Below, piece by piece: positions 31,126 to 41,226 of a stretch of 64,000 nt of DNA. Numbering within the stretch: position 1 is the first letter of the stretch; the number at the start of each line of letters is the position of its first letter. This DNA comes from Bacteroidota bacterium (lineage in GTDB: Bacteria > Bacteroidota > Bacteroidia > Bacteroidales > WCHB1-69). The stretch is from the NCBI GenBank assembly GCA_029570835.1, contig JAKPTX010000022.1, positions 5,056 through 69,055 of the forward strand, read 5' to 3'. Both the position numbers and the translations under genes were made by a program. The notes beneath the pieces were generated by a model. That model did not search any database. It saw nothing but the letters and a program-made list of their open reading frames with translations, and was not told where the DNA came from.

Positions 31126-32556
31126 ATGACTACTGCAAACAATTTAAGGAAATTGCTCAAACATCCCATCTACGACATTGTAGAACGAGTGGCTGATGAA
31201 CTTGGAGTGGAGACCTATGCCGTGGGTGGTATTGTAAGAGATCTGTTCCTGAAAAGAAACTCCACAGATATTGATATCCTGGTGATAGGAAGCGGTATAG
31301 AACTATCCCAGAAGGTGGCTCAAGAGATCTCTCCGGATTGTAAAGTGGCTGTATATAAGAACTTTGGAACTGCTCAATTGACCTATATGGGACACCAAAT
31401 CGAGTTTGCAGGCGCCAGAAAGGAATCCTACAATAAAAATTCAAGAAAACCTATTGTAGAAGATGGAACTCTGTGGGATGACATCAGTCGTAGAGACTTC
31501 ACCATCAATGCTATGGCAATCGCTATCAATGGAGCGAAAAAAGGAGAATTAATCGATTTTTTTAACGGGTTTCAAGATCTTCAAGATAAAATTTTAAGAA
31601 CCCCATTGGATCCGGATGTTACTTACTCCGATGATCCTTTAAGAATGATGCGAGGCGTTCGTTTTGCTACTCAACTAGGTTTTACAATTGAAGAAAACAG
31701 CTTCCAATCTATTCAAAATAATGCCTCACGTCTGGAGATTATTTCAAAAGAGCGAATCATGGAAGAGTTCAATAAAATTTTATTGGCTCCCCTACCCTCA
31801 CTAGGAATCCAACTTTGTGAACAGAGCGGATTATTGCAACAATTTCTACCGGAATTAATTGAACTCAAAGGAGTTGAAAGTCATGATGGAAAAAAACATA
31901 AAGATAACTACCTGCACACTTTAGAAGTCGTTGATAAAATTGCAATGGTTTCCAATAACTTATGGTTGGTTTGGGCTGCTTTACTTCACGATATTGGAAA
32001 GCCAAGAACCAAAAAATTTGATTCCGTACATGGATGGACATTTTACGGTCATGAAGTAGTAGGAGCTAAAATGGTAGCACAAATTTTTAATCGACTTCGA
32101 ATGCCTACCAACGAAAGGATGAAATATGTTCAGCTCCTGGTGCAACTCCATCTTCGTCCCATTGCATTGGTTGAAGATGAGATTACCGACTCGGCAATAA
32201 GAAGACTGCTTTTTGATGCCGGCGATCAAATTGATGATCTGATGCTCCTTTGTGAGGCGGATGTAACTTCAAAAAATAGAGAAAAAGTTAAAAAATATCT
32301 TAATAATTTTGCCATTGTACGCAACAAACTGAAAGAGGTTGAAGAGAAAGACCAGCTGCGTAATTGGCAACCCCCTATTGATGGACAATTGATCATGGAA
32401 TCATTTGATTTACAACCATCTAAAGAGGTGGGCATCATCAAAACAGCTATTCGTGAAGCAATTTTAGATGGGATTATTCCGAATGAATTGGAAGCGGCCT
32501 ATCAATTTATGATTCAAGAAGGCAAAAAACTAGGTTTAGAATTAAAAAACAAGTAA
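31126..32556 (+). CDS. CCA-adding enzyme / poly(A) polymerase family nucleotidyltransferase with HD domain
   Basis: The nucleotidyltransferase motif is AVGGIVRDLFLKRNSTDIDILV (GG-x-VRD...DxD) and the HD domain is LLHDIGKP. The track ORF starts at GTG 31111 and overlaps holA by 8 nt. The ATG at 31126 is preferred, but the start is uncertain. Confidence 0.75.
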   Translation: MTTANNLRKLLKHPIYDIVERVADELGVETYAVGGIVRDLFLKRNSTDIDILVIGSGIELSQKVAQEISPDCKVAVYKNFGTAQLTYMGHQIEFAGARKESYNKNSRKPIVEDGTLWDDISRRDFTINAMAIAINGAKKGELIDFFNGFQDLQDKILRTPLDPDVTYSDDPLRMMRGVRFATQLGFTIEENSFQSIQNNASRLEIISKERIMEEFNKILLAPLPSLGIQLCEQSGLLQQFLPELIELKGVESHDGKKHKDNYLHTLEVVDKIAMVSNNLWLVWAALLHDIGKPRTKKFDSVHGWTFYGHEVVGAKMVAQIFNRLRMPTNERMKYVQLLVQLHLRPIALVEDEITDSAIRRLLFDAGDQIDDLMLLCEADVTSKNREKVKKYLNNFAIVRNKLKEVEEKDQLRNWQPPIDGQLIMESFDLQPSKEVGIIKTAIREAILDGIIPNELEAAYQFMIQEGKKLGLELKNK

Positions 32557-32560
32557 ACTC

Positions 32561-33616
32561 ATGGCCGAATCAATCACACTGATCATCTTCTTTGCTTTCA
32601 TCATACTTATGCTCTTCCTCGATTTGGGAGTATTTCATAAGAAAGATCATGAAATTAAATTCAAGGAAGCATTGATCTGGACTATCGTCTGGATCTCTCT
32701 TGCTCTTCTTTTTTATGTATTTATTTATCTCAGGGGGGAGCTCATTCATGGCATCGAAGATATGGAAACGCTCCTCTCGATCAATAAAAAGCACCATCAC
32801 CGACTTAACTTTGATGGTATGAGCTTTCAGGAAGCGATTCACCTGTATCGCAAAACCCTCTCTTTAGAGTACCTTTCCGGCTACCTGATTGAAAAAGCAC
32901 TCTCTATTGACAATATTTTTGTGTTCATCTTAATTTTTACCTCATTTAACGTGAATCGGGCTTACATACACCGAATCCTTTTTTATGGTATTATAGGTGC
33001 TTTAGTATTCCGTTTCATATTTATTTTTGCCGCTGCAGCGCTGATAGAACGTTTTGAGTTTATTTTAGCCATTTTTGGAGCCTTCCTGCTCTTTACAGCA
33101 ATTAAAATGTTTATCGACCGAAATAAAGAGGAGAAAATCGATATTGAAAATCATAAACTGGTCCGCTTTTTTGCTAAAAGAGGATGGTCAACCTCCAAAG
33201 TTCATGGACATGACTTTTTTATCAAAGAGAATGGGAAATGGTTGGCTACTCCCCTATTTATCGTATTGTTAATAGTCGAACTTTCCGATATTGTCTTTGC
33301 TGTAGATTCTATCCCGGCCATTTTTTCTGTAACCAATGATCCCTATATTGTATTTATGTCCAATGTGTTCGCCATTTTAGGATTACGTTCTCTATTCTTT
33401 ATGCTGGAAAGCATCATGGACAAATTCCGTTACCTCAAAATCGGTTTGTCTGTACTATTGGGTTATATTGGGGTAAAAATGATCCTGGTCTTTGTTTTCG
33501 ATCTGCACATTTCCACCGGTTTCTCCTTAATGATGATTTTGGCAATCCTGACAATTAGCATTGTTGGATCATTACTGATGGATTGGATTGAGCGAAAAAA
33601 AGAAAAGGTTTTATAA
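32561..33616 (+). CDS. TerC/Alx-family integral membrane protein
   Basis: 351 aa and multi-TM. SLEYLSGYLIEKALSIDNIFVF and ELSDIVFAVDSIPAIF are the duplicated TerC signature (DNxxV / D-S-I-P). Confidence 0.8.
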   Translation: MAESITLIIFFAFIILMLFLDLGVFHKKDHEIKFKEALIWTIVWISLALLFYVFIYLRGELIHGIEDMETLLSINKKHHHRLNFDGMSFQEAIHLYRKTLSLEYLSGYLIEKALSIDNIFVFILIFTSFNVNRAYIHRILFYGIIGALVFRFIFIFAAAALIERFEFILAIFGAFLLFTAIKMFIDRNKEEKIDIENHKLVRFFAKRGWSTSKVHGHDFFIKENGKWLATPLFIVLLIVELSDIVFAVDSIPAIFSVTNDPYIVFMSNVFAILGLRSLFFMLESIMDKFRYLKIGLSVLLGYIGVKMILVFVFDLHISTGFSLMMILAILTISIVGSLLMDWIERKKEKVL

Positions 33617-33628
33617 ATAAGATTTACT

Positions 33629-33636
33629 TATATTTG
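33629..33636 (+). promoter_or_regulatory. -7 box TATATTTG (extended TATATTTGCAGGTTA)
   Basis: 45 nt upstream of the ATG at 33681. Confidence 0.45.
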
Positions 33637-33680
33637 CAGGTTATAAACAAACCGATGATCATCAATAAAAATCAACACCT

Positions 33681-35165
33681 ATGAAAAAATTTGCATTTAT
33701 TATTTCATGCTTTATGGCTATTTGGGGATTGAATGCCCAATCCGTAAACTGGGGTGCCGCAACCAAGTTAAAAACCAATCTTTTCCAAGGAAATTGGATC
33801 GCTAATGGTAGTTACATAGGATCTATTAATGGAACCTCCTATTACGCAGAAAATGTAAATCGTGCTAAACTCGTAACATTCGAGGATACCAGATATATCT
33901 TTTTTGCATCGGACGGGACCAAATTAATCAGAGAATCGATGCCAACCGAAATTGAATATGATGAAATAGGTGCAGGTGTTTGGGGTGAGCAAATCTATGT
34001 TGCACACTCAACTACCGCTAAAAAAGGGGAAAAAACAGAGGTAAAATTAGATCTTTACGATCCACTCAATTTTAGGAAGGTTAAAACAATGGAACTATTC
34101 TCCTTTCAGGCATTAGATAAGTACCCCTTCATTAATCTTGCCAAGTCGGAAAATCGTGAATTTACCGTTTTTGTTGTGAGTGGTAAAAATCCTAATACAG
34201 GTAATGGAACCCTTATTATCAAATGTTTTGACAAAGAGTTCAATGAAGCGTGGACTCACTACTATGATTATAATGGATCCGGTTATCCTGAAGTTCGAAA
34301 TCTTTTTTTATCAGATGCCGGAGAGTTAGTATTGAGTATTACAGTGTATGAGAACAAGAGAAAGACAAAATTGACCTCCTTAGATTTTGTTGAATTGAGT
34401 GCCTCTGATAGCAAATTTGTAAGTTTCCCGTTACAATCTCAAAAAATGGAATTAATGGATTTAAAAGTAGGATCATACGGAGCCCCTCATCAATATCTTT
34501 GTGTTTACGCAGAAAATGAAAGTATGGTCGGCTTTAAAGTAGATTTTAATGAAGGTGGTATTGACCCTATTTTTACAAAACAAGCTTATGATGGAGAGTG
34601 GAAAATAGATCAAATTATGGATCTGGGTGATGGAAAATACACCGTTGCTTTTCAAAATAGGGGCTTGATAGAAATTGAAGTTCGTCAATCTAACGGAATT
34701 ATAGATAGGACCTACTTTTATTGGAATAGAAGTTTCCGCTTGATTGGTGTAGATAGCAAAACGAACCAAACAACCTACGACCAAACTATAGGCAGAAGGT
34801 ATAACGTAAAGTTAGCACAGTATGTATATGAGCCATATGTAACAGTTACCCCCTACTATTTTGTAAAAGATGGAAAAGTTCATATCGTTTATAATACTGA
34901 TCGGGAAACCAATGAAAAAGAATGTAACAAACATGAAAGACCTGATGGCAGAATAAGAGTGAGTCTTGCGATGAACACAAAGAACCCGGCAACTAAAATG
35001 ATTACTATTAATGAAGATGGAAAGTATACTGTAAAAACATTGTTTGATGAAAAACAAACTAACCTTACCTTTTTATCCAGATTCTGTCACCTTAATGATC
35101 AAGATGAACTTATCCTTCCTATTGGGAAAAAGAAGAAAATGATGTTTGGTAAAATGAGCTTTTAA
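33681..35165 (+). CDS. Secreted hypothetical protein (no recognisable domain)
   Basis: 494-aa ORF with signal peptide MKKFAFIISCFMAIWGLNAQ and its own TAnnTTTG box at 33629-33636. The composition is beta-rich, with no motif I can place. Confidence 0.6.
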   Translation: MKKFAFIISCFMAIWGLNAQSVNWGAATKLKTNLFQGNWIANGSYIGSINGTSYYAENVNRAKLVTFEDTRYIFFASDGTKLIRESMPTEIEYDEIGAGVWGEQIYVAHSTTAKKGEKTEVKLDLYDPLNFRKVKTMELFSFQALDKYPFINLAKSENREFTVFVVSGKNPNTGNGTLIIKCFDKEFNEAWTHYYDYNGSGYPEVRNLFLSDAGELVLSITVYENKRKTKLTSLDFVELSASDSKFVSFPLQSQKMELMDLKVGSYGAPHQYLCVYAENESMVGFKVDFNEGGIDPIFTKQAYDGEWKIDQIMDLGDGKYTVAFQNRGLIEIEVRQSNGIIDRTYFYWNRSFRLIGVDSKTNQTTYDQTIGRRYNVKLAQYVYEPYVTVTPYYFVKDGKVHIVYNTDRETNEKECNKHERPDGRIRVSLAMNTKNPATKMITINEDGKYTVKTLFDEKQTNLTFLSRFCHLNDQDELILPIGKKKKMMFGKMSF

Positions 35166-35233
35166 AAATAAAAAAAGGGGGGAGGAAATCCTTCTTTCAA
35201 TGGGAATATCCGGCTCATCAGGTTATCTGTTAG

Positions 35234-35263
35234 CTCAATTGTTCTCAATTGTTCTCAATTATT
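35234..35263. repeat. 10-bp tandem repeat CTCAATTGTT x2 plus variant CTCAATTATT, straddling the stop codon of the Type IIG gene
   Basis: Read directly. The stop TGA (plus-strand tca, 35245-35247) lies in unit 2. Confidence 0.85.
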
Positions 35264-38200
35264 CCGATTTCTTCCTCCGTTAAATCGTAAAGTTTATAAA
35301 CCCATTGGTCTATCTGATTTTCTAAATCTGTGGTATCGACTGATGGGTTTTGTCTTTTCAATTCCAGTACCTCCTTAACCAAATCCACTATTTTATTTTC
35401 AACTCCTTCTTCAACAAATTTCGGTAATGGAAAAGGATTTAAGTAGTTGGTTTTAAATCTCCTTGCGTCACCTTGTAAAGTATCCCCGGTTATTTTCAAA
35501 AACCACCACAATAGTTTTGAATTGGCTACTGCCAAAAGATACTCGTAACTCTCTTTGATATCTGATTTCTTTACCCAACTATAAACTGTTGTTGGATGAT
35601 AAAAGTGATCAGTATTATACACAACATTGGGGTGACTAGCACAAATCTCCATTGACGAAAGTTTGGGCTGTTCAAATTTATTGAGATTTTTTGGATATAT
35701 GTACGTATACCAATGTTGCATTTTTCCCGCCCTTCCATTTTCACGAGCTTTAAATAACGCCTCATGTTCGATAAGGTAACTGTATGTTTTTGGGAAGCGT
35801 TTTTTAATATCTTCAATTGAAACAACTTCAGCAATTCCATTCTTTATTTCGTATGGAAAGAATACATATTTGTTTGTTGTCATGTAGCTGTACCGTTGAA
35901 TATCTTTACCCATTAAAAAGGGTTTGAATAAGTCTCTTTCAAGTTGATACTCTTTACCACTGATAGGAACTTTTAATCCAAAATCTATTTCATCAATACA
36001 CTCCAAAATAAATAGATCGTCCTTGCTTGTCGCCAAACCTTGAAATATGCTTTCAAAAAGATCTGAGAAGAGTTTAGCGTCTGTATAAATTTTTTCAAAA
36101 ACCGTAAACCCGATTTTATTATCAAACAAAATCCATTGATTGCTGCCATACAAATCAGAAGCTTTTTTTATCATTTCATACGTGATAAAAGTGTATTTAC
36201 TTTTATCCAGCATTAAATTTTTAAAATCTGACTTATATGAAAAACGTTGAAAGTCAAAACCTTGACTTAGCTTTTTACTAAATTGTGCCACACAGGTATA
36301 AGTGTCAGCATCCTCAAATATCATATTAGCCCCAAAATGCGCAATTTTATCAATATATTGTCCTTTTGTCAAATAGTTTCTGAAAGTTTCGGAAGCTGCC
36401 GCATTAAAAAACTTGTGTGGAAAAATGTAGGCATTATTGCTCTTCTTGTTTGAAATATTGACAGCTAACTCAAAAAAGATATTAGCCAAATCGTAAGCTG
36501 CTTTGGCATTTTGATATTGACTTTCATAATACAATTTTTGTTTGGGCTGCGATGCTTGTATCTCTTGCACTCTCATATAGGGCGGATTGCCAATCACTAC
36601 ATCAAAACCTACATAATTACCATCATTGTCCAACACTTCAGGAAATTCGAAACGCCATTCAAAAGCATTTTCAAATATGTTATTACTTTCAATTTCATCA
36701 ATCTCTTTCTTCAATTTGGCTATCTCATCCTCTATTTTACACTGTTCCTCCTTGCGTCTTTGTTCCACATTACGCCCATAAGGAATATCGGGTTCAAAAA
36801 GCATACTGCCCGTAAAACGATTGTACAGTTCATAAGCCAATTGTGATAAACGTGTTTTTTTAGGATCATTATTGTTGATCTCTGTTCTGAAATTATTTTT
36901 GATCTCATTGATCAAGCGTTCCATTTCTTTTTTCTGCTCCTTATTTTTGGCATTTCGATAGGTAGAAACTGCCATACGATAGCTATTGATCGTCCATTTG
37001 CTTCTCTTTAAAGCTTGTTTTAAATCAGCATCAATGGAAAAACGACTTACCAAAGAGTTTCCGCATTTTATGTTGATATCTATATTGGGAAGGGTTTCTA
37101 ATTCAATCTTGTTTTTGTAATAGGCATTTTTTAACAGTTCAATCCACAGACGCAAACGACAAATTTTTACCGAATTGGGATTGATGTCTACCCCAAAAAG
37201 GCAACTTTCAATGATAGTTTGCTTTTCATAAAATAGCGTTTCCTGTACACGTTGACTCTCTTTATTGTTGGGATTATATTCAAAAAGTTCTCCCATTTCA
37301 TCTGTTACAATCAACTCATCATTAACCACTTCTATCTCATAACGATGCAGTGATTTCCCCTCACGATCTTCTAGAATTTTCAAATCATTTTTTATTGCAA
37401 TGAGTTCATTGAGTGCACTTACCAAAAAATGTCCAGATCCCACAGCCGGATCACAAATTTTTAATGAATTGATAATATCGTTTGCTCTTTTTACCGATAT
37501 TTTTTGTGGAATCAAATTATAAATATCCTCAATCCTATTAATCTTATAATCAGGAAGTTCCTGATCAAACTTTTGTACGACAGCTTTGCGAATCGTTTCG
37601 CGACACATATACATTGTGATGAAACCGGGAGTGAAAAAGGAGCCATCTTTATAACCATTAATTTTCTCGAAAATTAAACCGAGAACTGATGCATTAATCA
37701 GCGTTTTGTTCTCTTCTTGAATCTCCTCTCCTCCTTCTGCTCCAAAATCGTAAGCATCCAAAAATGCAAACAGATATTCCAGTGTATTTAAATTCCCTGT
37801 TATTTTCTTTCCCTGTAGATCCTTTAGTACGGTTTGCGCGAAAACAGGTATAGGTCTGTCATTACTTAAATTACTGATTAATAGCGTAGTGTGTTCCAAA
37901 TCTGTCGGCTCAAAAAGAGAGGAGTTGAGATAAGGTACTTTCTCAAAATTGTTTTTAACATTTTCATTTCGTTCCGCATGTTTTCGAGCTAAGACTTGAA
38001 AAAAAAGCGTATTGAGATCGTCAAAACTTTTTATTTTATCCAAATTGAGGAAGGAGTAAGATTTATCTCCTTGATTAAAAGTAATCAACTGGGCTTCCAA
38101 CAGTTTCAAGAACAAAATACGATTTATCCAGGTAATGGAAAGCTCCAATGCAACATTAAAAAGTCGTTCCTGTTGTGTATTGCCAAATAGAGTTGGCTTT

Positions 38201-39108
38201 TCAAGTCTACTGAGTTTATCCAAGCTATCCAATTGAATAATAGTATCTTCAAGGATGGTTCCGGTGTATCTCTCACCCACTTTATTTCGTTCAATTAGCT
38301 TTTTACCTCCTTTTTTAGTTTCAGTCAGACCAATAATATGTAACAATTCGCTATAAAACCGTCTGTCAAGCGTATTGTTATCGTTGGGAAAAGGAAGTTT
38401 CAAGAGATGTTCCGGAGAAAGTAATTTGAATAACGCAATTAATGTATTATCGTCTGTTCTATCTTTATTACGTAAGATTTTTTGATAATCTTGAAAGTTG
38501 AAGTAAGCGAATTGTATTTCAGAAGTAATGCTATCAATAAAAGGTTCTGCAATCTGTTTGTAGAAAAATTCTGTAGTCCTATCCGCTAAACGTCCGGTTT
38601 CAAAATCATTGAATTGTTTGATAAAATTTTTATTTTGAGCAAAAAGTCTATCAAAAGTAACAGCATCAAAAATAAACCACTCATTGATATTAGTTGCTAT
38701 CAAATGCTTGATTTCCAAGTTTTTAGCGGTAACTCTCTCACGTAAGTAGTACAATACCAGTTCCTGAAATGCTTTGACATTCAATTTTTTAGTAGTAATC
38801 ATTTCTGCTTTGTTGGACGGTTTTTTTGCTTCAATGATCACCCCAACTGTTGATTTTGCAGTTTGTCCGTTATGAATCACCAGATCATTACGACCTTTGG
38901 TATTGATGAAATGATCGGGATCGTAGTAGGTTTTCTTTAAAAAGTCAATCACAAGATTTTTGTGAAACTCTTCACTTTCCGCGTCATTAATCCTATCGAG
39001 TAAAGTAATGAGATGAGTCTTAAAGTTTTCAATTTCAGACCTGTTCGGTTTTACTTTTAAAAAAGCTTTATTCAATGCCTTTCGTGGGTTGAGTTCTTGT
39101 AAAGTCAT
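35245..39108 (-). CDS. Single-polypeptide Type IIG restriction-modification enzyme (PD-(D/E)XK nuclease + gamma-class N6-adenine methyltransferase + C-terminal specificity region)
   Basis: 1287 aa. The candidate nuclease motif is GRNDLVIH...VGVIIEAKKP (D...ExK). SAM motif I is ICDPAVGSGHFLVSA and catalytic motif IV is VVIGNPPYMRVQE. The long C-terminal region has a TaqI-C-like block, HWYTYIYPKNL. No separate M, S or R gene is adjacent. Confidence 0.8.
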   Translation of the reverse strand: MTLQELNPRKALNKAFLKVKPNRSEIENFKTHLITLLDRINDAESEEFHKNLVIDFLKKTYYDPDHFINTKGRNDLVIHNGQTAKSTVGVIIEAKKPSNKAEMITTKKLNVKAFQELVLYYLRERVTAKNLEIKHLIATNINEWFIFDAVTFDRLFAQNKNFIKQFNDFETGRLADRTTEFFYKQIAEPFIDSITSEIQFAYFNFQDYQKILRNKDRTDDNTLIALFKLLSPEHLLKLPFPNDNNTLDRRFYSELLHIIGLTETKKGGKKLIERNKVGERYTGTILEDTIIQLDSLDKLSRLEKPTLFGNTQQERLFNVALELSITWINRILFLKLLEAQLITFNQGDKSYSFLNLDKIKSFDDLNTLFFQVLARKHAERNENVKNNFEKVPYLNSSLFEPTDLEHTTLLISNLSNDRPIPVFAQTVLKDLQGKKITGNLNTLEYLFAFLDAYDFGAEGGEEIQEENKTLINASVLGLIFEKINGYKDGSFFTPGFITMYMCRETIRKAVVQKFDQELPDYKINRIEDIYNLIPQKISVKRANDIINSLKICDPAVGSGHFLVSALNELIAIKNDLKILEDREGKSLHRYEIEVVNDELIVTDEMGELFEYNPNNKESQRVQETLFYEKQTIIESCLFGVDINPNSVKICRLRLWIELLKNAYYKNKIELETLPNIDINIKCGNSLVSRFSIDADLKQALKRSKWTINSYRMAVSTYRNAKNKEQKKEMERLINEIKNNFRTEINNNDPKKTRLSQLAYELYNRFTGSMLFEPDIPYGRNVEQRRKEEQCKIEDEIAKLKKEIDEIESNNIFENAFEWRFEFPEVLDNDGNYVGFDVVIGNPPYMRVQEIQASQPKQKLYYESQYQNAKAAYDLANIFFELAVNISNKKSNNAYIFPHKFFNAAASETFRNYLTKGQYIDKIAHFGANMIFEDADTYTCVAQFSKKLSQGFDFQRFSYKSDFKNLMLDKSKYTFITYEMIKKASDLYGSNQWILFDNKIGFTVFEKIYTDAKLFSDLFESIFQGLATSKDDLFILECIDEIDFGLKVPISGKEYQLERDLFKPFLMGKDIQRYSYMTTNKYVFFPYEIKNGIAEVVSIEDIKKRFPKTYSYLIEHEALFKARENGRAGKMQHWYTYIYPKNLNKFEQPKLSSMEICASHPNVVYNTDHFYHPTTVYSWVKKSDIKESYEYLLAVANSKLLWWFLKITGDTLQGDARRFKTNYLNPFPLPKFVEEGVENKIVDLVKEVLELKRQNPSVDTTDLENQIDQWVYKLYDLTEEEIGIIENN

Positions 39109-39207
39109 TTGTAGATTTTTTTTTAATTTTATGAGTTAAGATTAATGTTAAGTCGAAAAAGTAGATCGTATCAGATAAAACCAATGTAACTGAAGATGTT
39201 TTCCCCC

Positions 39208-41202
39208 CTATTTCCTCATATTCTGCTTTACCATCTCAATGTTTTTTTGCAGCGTTTCACTGTTTGGATTGTGTTCTAAGGCACGTTCTAAGTAGTACAA
39301 AGCGGAATCCAATCGGTTTTCGATTGCAAAGCTAACCCCCATATTTTCCAATGTTTGGGCATTATTGGGATCTATTGCGAGTACTTTTCTGAAATAGACT
39401 CGTGAACTATCCGTCCGATTAAATCCTTGTCCAAATATTCTTCCTTTCTGAATCAAAAGGTTCACCTGTTCGCCCTGCTCCTTTATGAGTTGATTGATCT
39501 GTTGCAACGCTTCAACCGCTTTCCCCTCCTCCAGCAATTTAGTGGTCTCCTCTACTTGATTACCCTGCCATGCCTGCAAAACCAATTGAGCATTCTGCGC
39601 GGCTAATTCATGATTAGGATAAGAAGTCGCAATTTGATTATAGATTCGATACGATTCAGCATACTCTTTTTTATAGAAATAATACTCTGCCAGCAACATT
39701 TGGGCATTGGTACTGGTTGGATCCAATTGTAGTGCTTTAGATAAATAAGTGTATGCACTCTTCAAATAGCGCTCCTTCGGACTCTCTTTGTACAATTTTA
39801 AATAACTGCCCCCGGCAGAGGTATTACACTTGATACTATTATCCGATACGAGCACATCCGTAGTAAAAAGCTTGATATCGTTCTTCCAGACAAAATTTCT
39901 CGCAAACGTTTTAGCACCGTAGAGGATGAAAAGAGGAAGAAGGGTGATGTACGGCAGTGTAGCGGTAACCTTCCTGCCCCCCATTTTTTTTAATATCAAA
40001 ATAAAAAAGAAAGAAATAATCAATGTGAAACCCAGAAGTGGAATAAAGAGGAAACGATCATTCATAAAAGTGCCAACGGAAAACAGGAGATTGGAGGTGA
40101 TGGAGAAGGTGATGATGAAGTAAGAGATGGCTAATGCAATGAGTGTTTTTTTACGGAACCCTTTGATTATCAGGTAGATTAAACCGATAATTCCCAACAA
40201 TACAAGGATCACTACAGGATTCGAAAAATTAGTAATCTCGATTTGATGGGGATAATAATCGTGTGTTAGCGGATGAGGGAAGATCATCAGTTTCAGGTAG
40301 ATAGCCCAAGTGTACAATACTGTGGCGATTCTTTCTCCAAAAGTAGCGTGGATAAATGGGTTGTTTAATATTTGGGGAACCTCTTCAGTTGCCATCATGG
40401 AACCCAGCGCACGATAACGCACGTAAAGAAAGATTATTGAGCCGATAAAAAGTGGAATAAGTGTCCAAAAATAGTCCCATTTTTGAGGTTTTGAATCCAT
40501 AAAATAGAGGACAAGTGGCACTACAGCCAGGAAGGTAATCCCATTTTCCTTAGAGAATAGACTGAAAAGGATTCCTATAAAGGAGAGTAAAAGATAATAT
40601 TTCTTTCGTTTAATTACAAATTGAATCGAGGCGTAAAGTGCAAAAAATGCACCCAACATACTCATAATCTCGTCCCGTCCTTTGATATTGGCGACCGCCT
40701 CCACATGGAGCGGATGAAGAACAAAAAGAATCGTTGCCACAAATGGAATGGAGAGATACCACTTCTCATGATCCCAACGTGGGAAAGCAGTTTTGAGAGT
40801 GTGATAGATCAGAAAAGCAAGCAACAGATAGAGTACCAGATTTCCCAAGTGACTCACTGTCGGAAGTACGCTATCGGTAAACAATTTCTCATTTCGCGGA
40901 TCGCGATCCATCCCCACCTGATCTTTAATATCTCCTCCAAACAGTTCATACTCAACCATAAAGGTAAACTGTGCCAAAGGACGATATCTGCCTCCGGCAA
41001 CTAGTTTTTTATCATGTCCGAAGTAGCCCGAAAAGGAATCCTGGGTGAAAATATCCTTGGTTCCTGCCCACCCTTTCAAGGTATAATTGTTCTCAAAGAT
41101 CACCAGACGATCATCCAGCGCATAGTCCAAAGTTAACGTATTGATATTGGGGAGAAAAACCGCAATAAAAATAAAAAGATATCTCCAGTTACGAGCTTTC
41201 AT
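39208..41202 (-). CDS. Polytopic membrane protein with C-terminal TPR repeats (TMTC/PMT_2-like putative glycosyltransferase)
   Basis: 664 aa. The N-terminal ~430 aa have more than 10 hydrophobic segments. The C-terminal ~200 aa carry TPR-like repeats (AYTYLSKALQLDPTSTNAQ..., YFRKVLAIDPNNAQ..., YYLERALEHNPNS). It lies immediately downstream of kdsA. Confidence 0.55.
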   Translation of the reverse strand: MKARNWRYLFIFIAVFLPNINTLTLDYALDDRLVIFENNYTLKGWAGTKDIFTQDSFSGYFGHDKKLVAGGRYRPLAQFTFMVEYELFGGDIKDQVGMDRDPRNEKLFTDSVLPTVSHLGNLVLYLLLAFLIYHTLKTAFPRWDHEKWYLSIPFVATILFVLHPLHVEAVANIKGRDEIMSMLGAFFALYASIQFVIKRKKYYLLLSFIGILFSLFSKENGITFLAVVPLVLYFMDSKPQKWDYFWTLIPLFIGSIIFLYVRYRALGSMMATEEVPQILNNPFIHATFGERIATVLYTWAIYLKLMIFPHPLTHDYYPHQIEITNFSNPVVILVLLGIIGLIYLIIKGFRKKTLIALAISYFIITFSITSNLLFSVGTFMNDRFLFIPLLGFTLIISFFFILILKKMGGRKVTATLPYITLLPLFILYGAKTFARNFVWKNDIKLFTTDVLVSDNSIKCNTSAGGSYLKLYKESPKERYLKSAYTYLSKALQLDPTSTNAQMLLAEYYFYKKEYAESYRIYNQIATSYPNHELAAQNAQLVLQAWQGNQVEETTKLLEEGKAVEALQQINQLIKEQGEQVNLLIQKGRIFGQGFNRTDSSRVYFRKVLAIDPNNAQTLENMGVSFAIENRLDSALYYLERALEHNPNSETLQKNIEMVKQNMRK

Positions 41203-41226
41203 TAAAAGAGGGGATTATCGTGAATA

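Noticed and set aside
32557-32560. yybP-ykoY (Mn) riboswitch, which often precedes TerC/Alx-family genes
   Set aside because: Only 4 nt separate the cca-family stop from the TerC start, so there is no room for a leader.
35234-35263. 10-bp tandem repeat over the Type IIG stop codon as a phase-variation switch
   Set aside because: Unit gain or loss would only change the last few residues or the position of the stop. It sits after all catalytic and specificity regions, so an on/off effect is unlikely.
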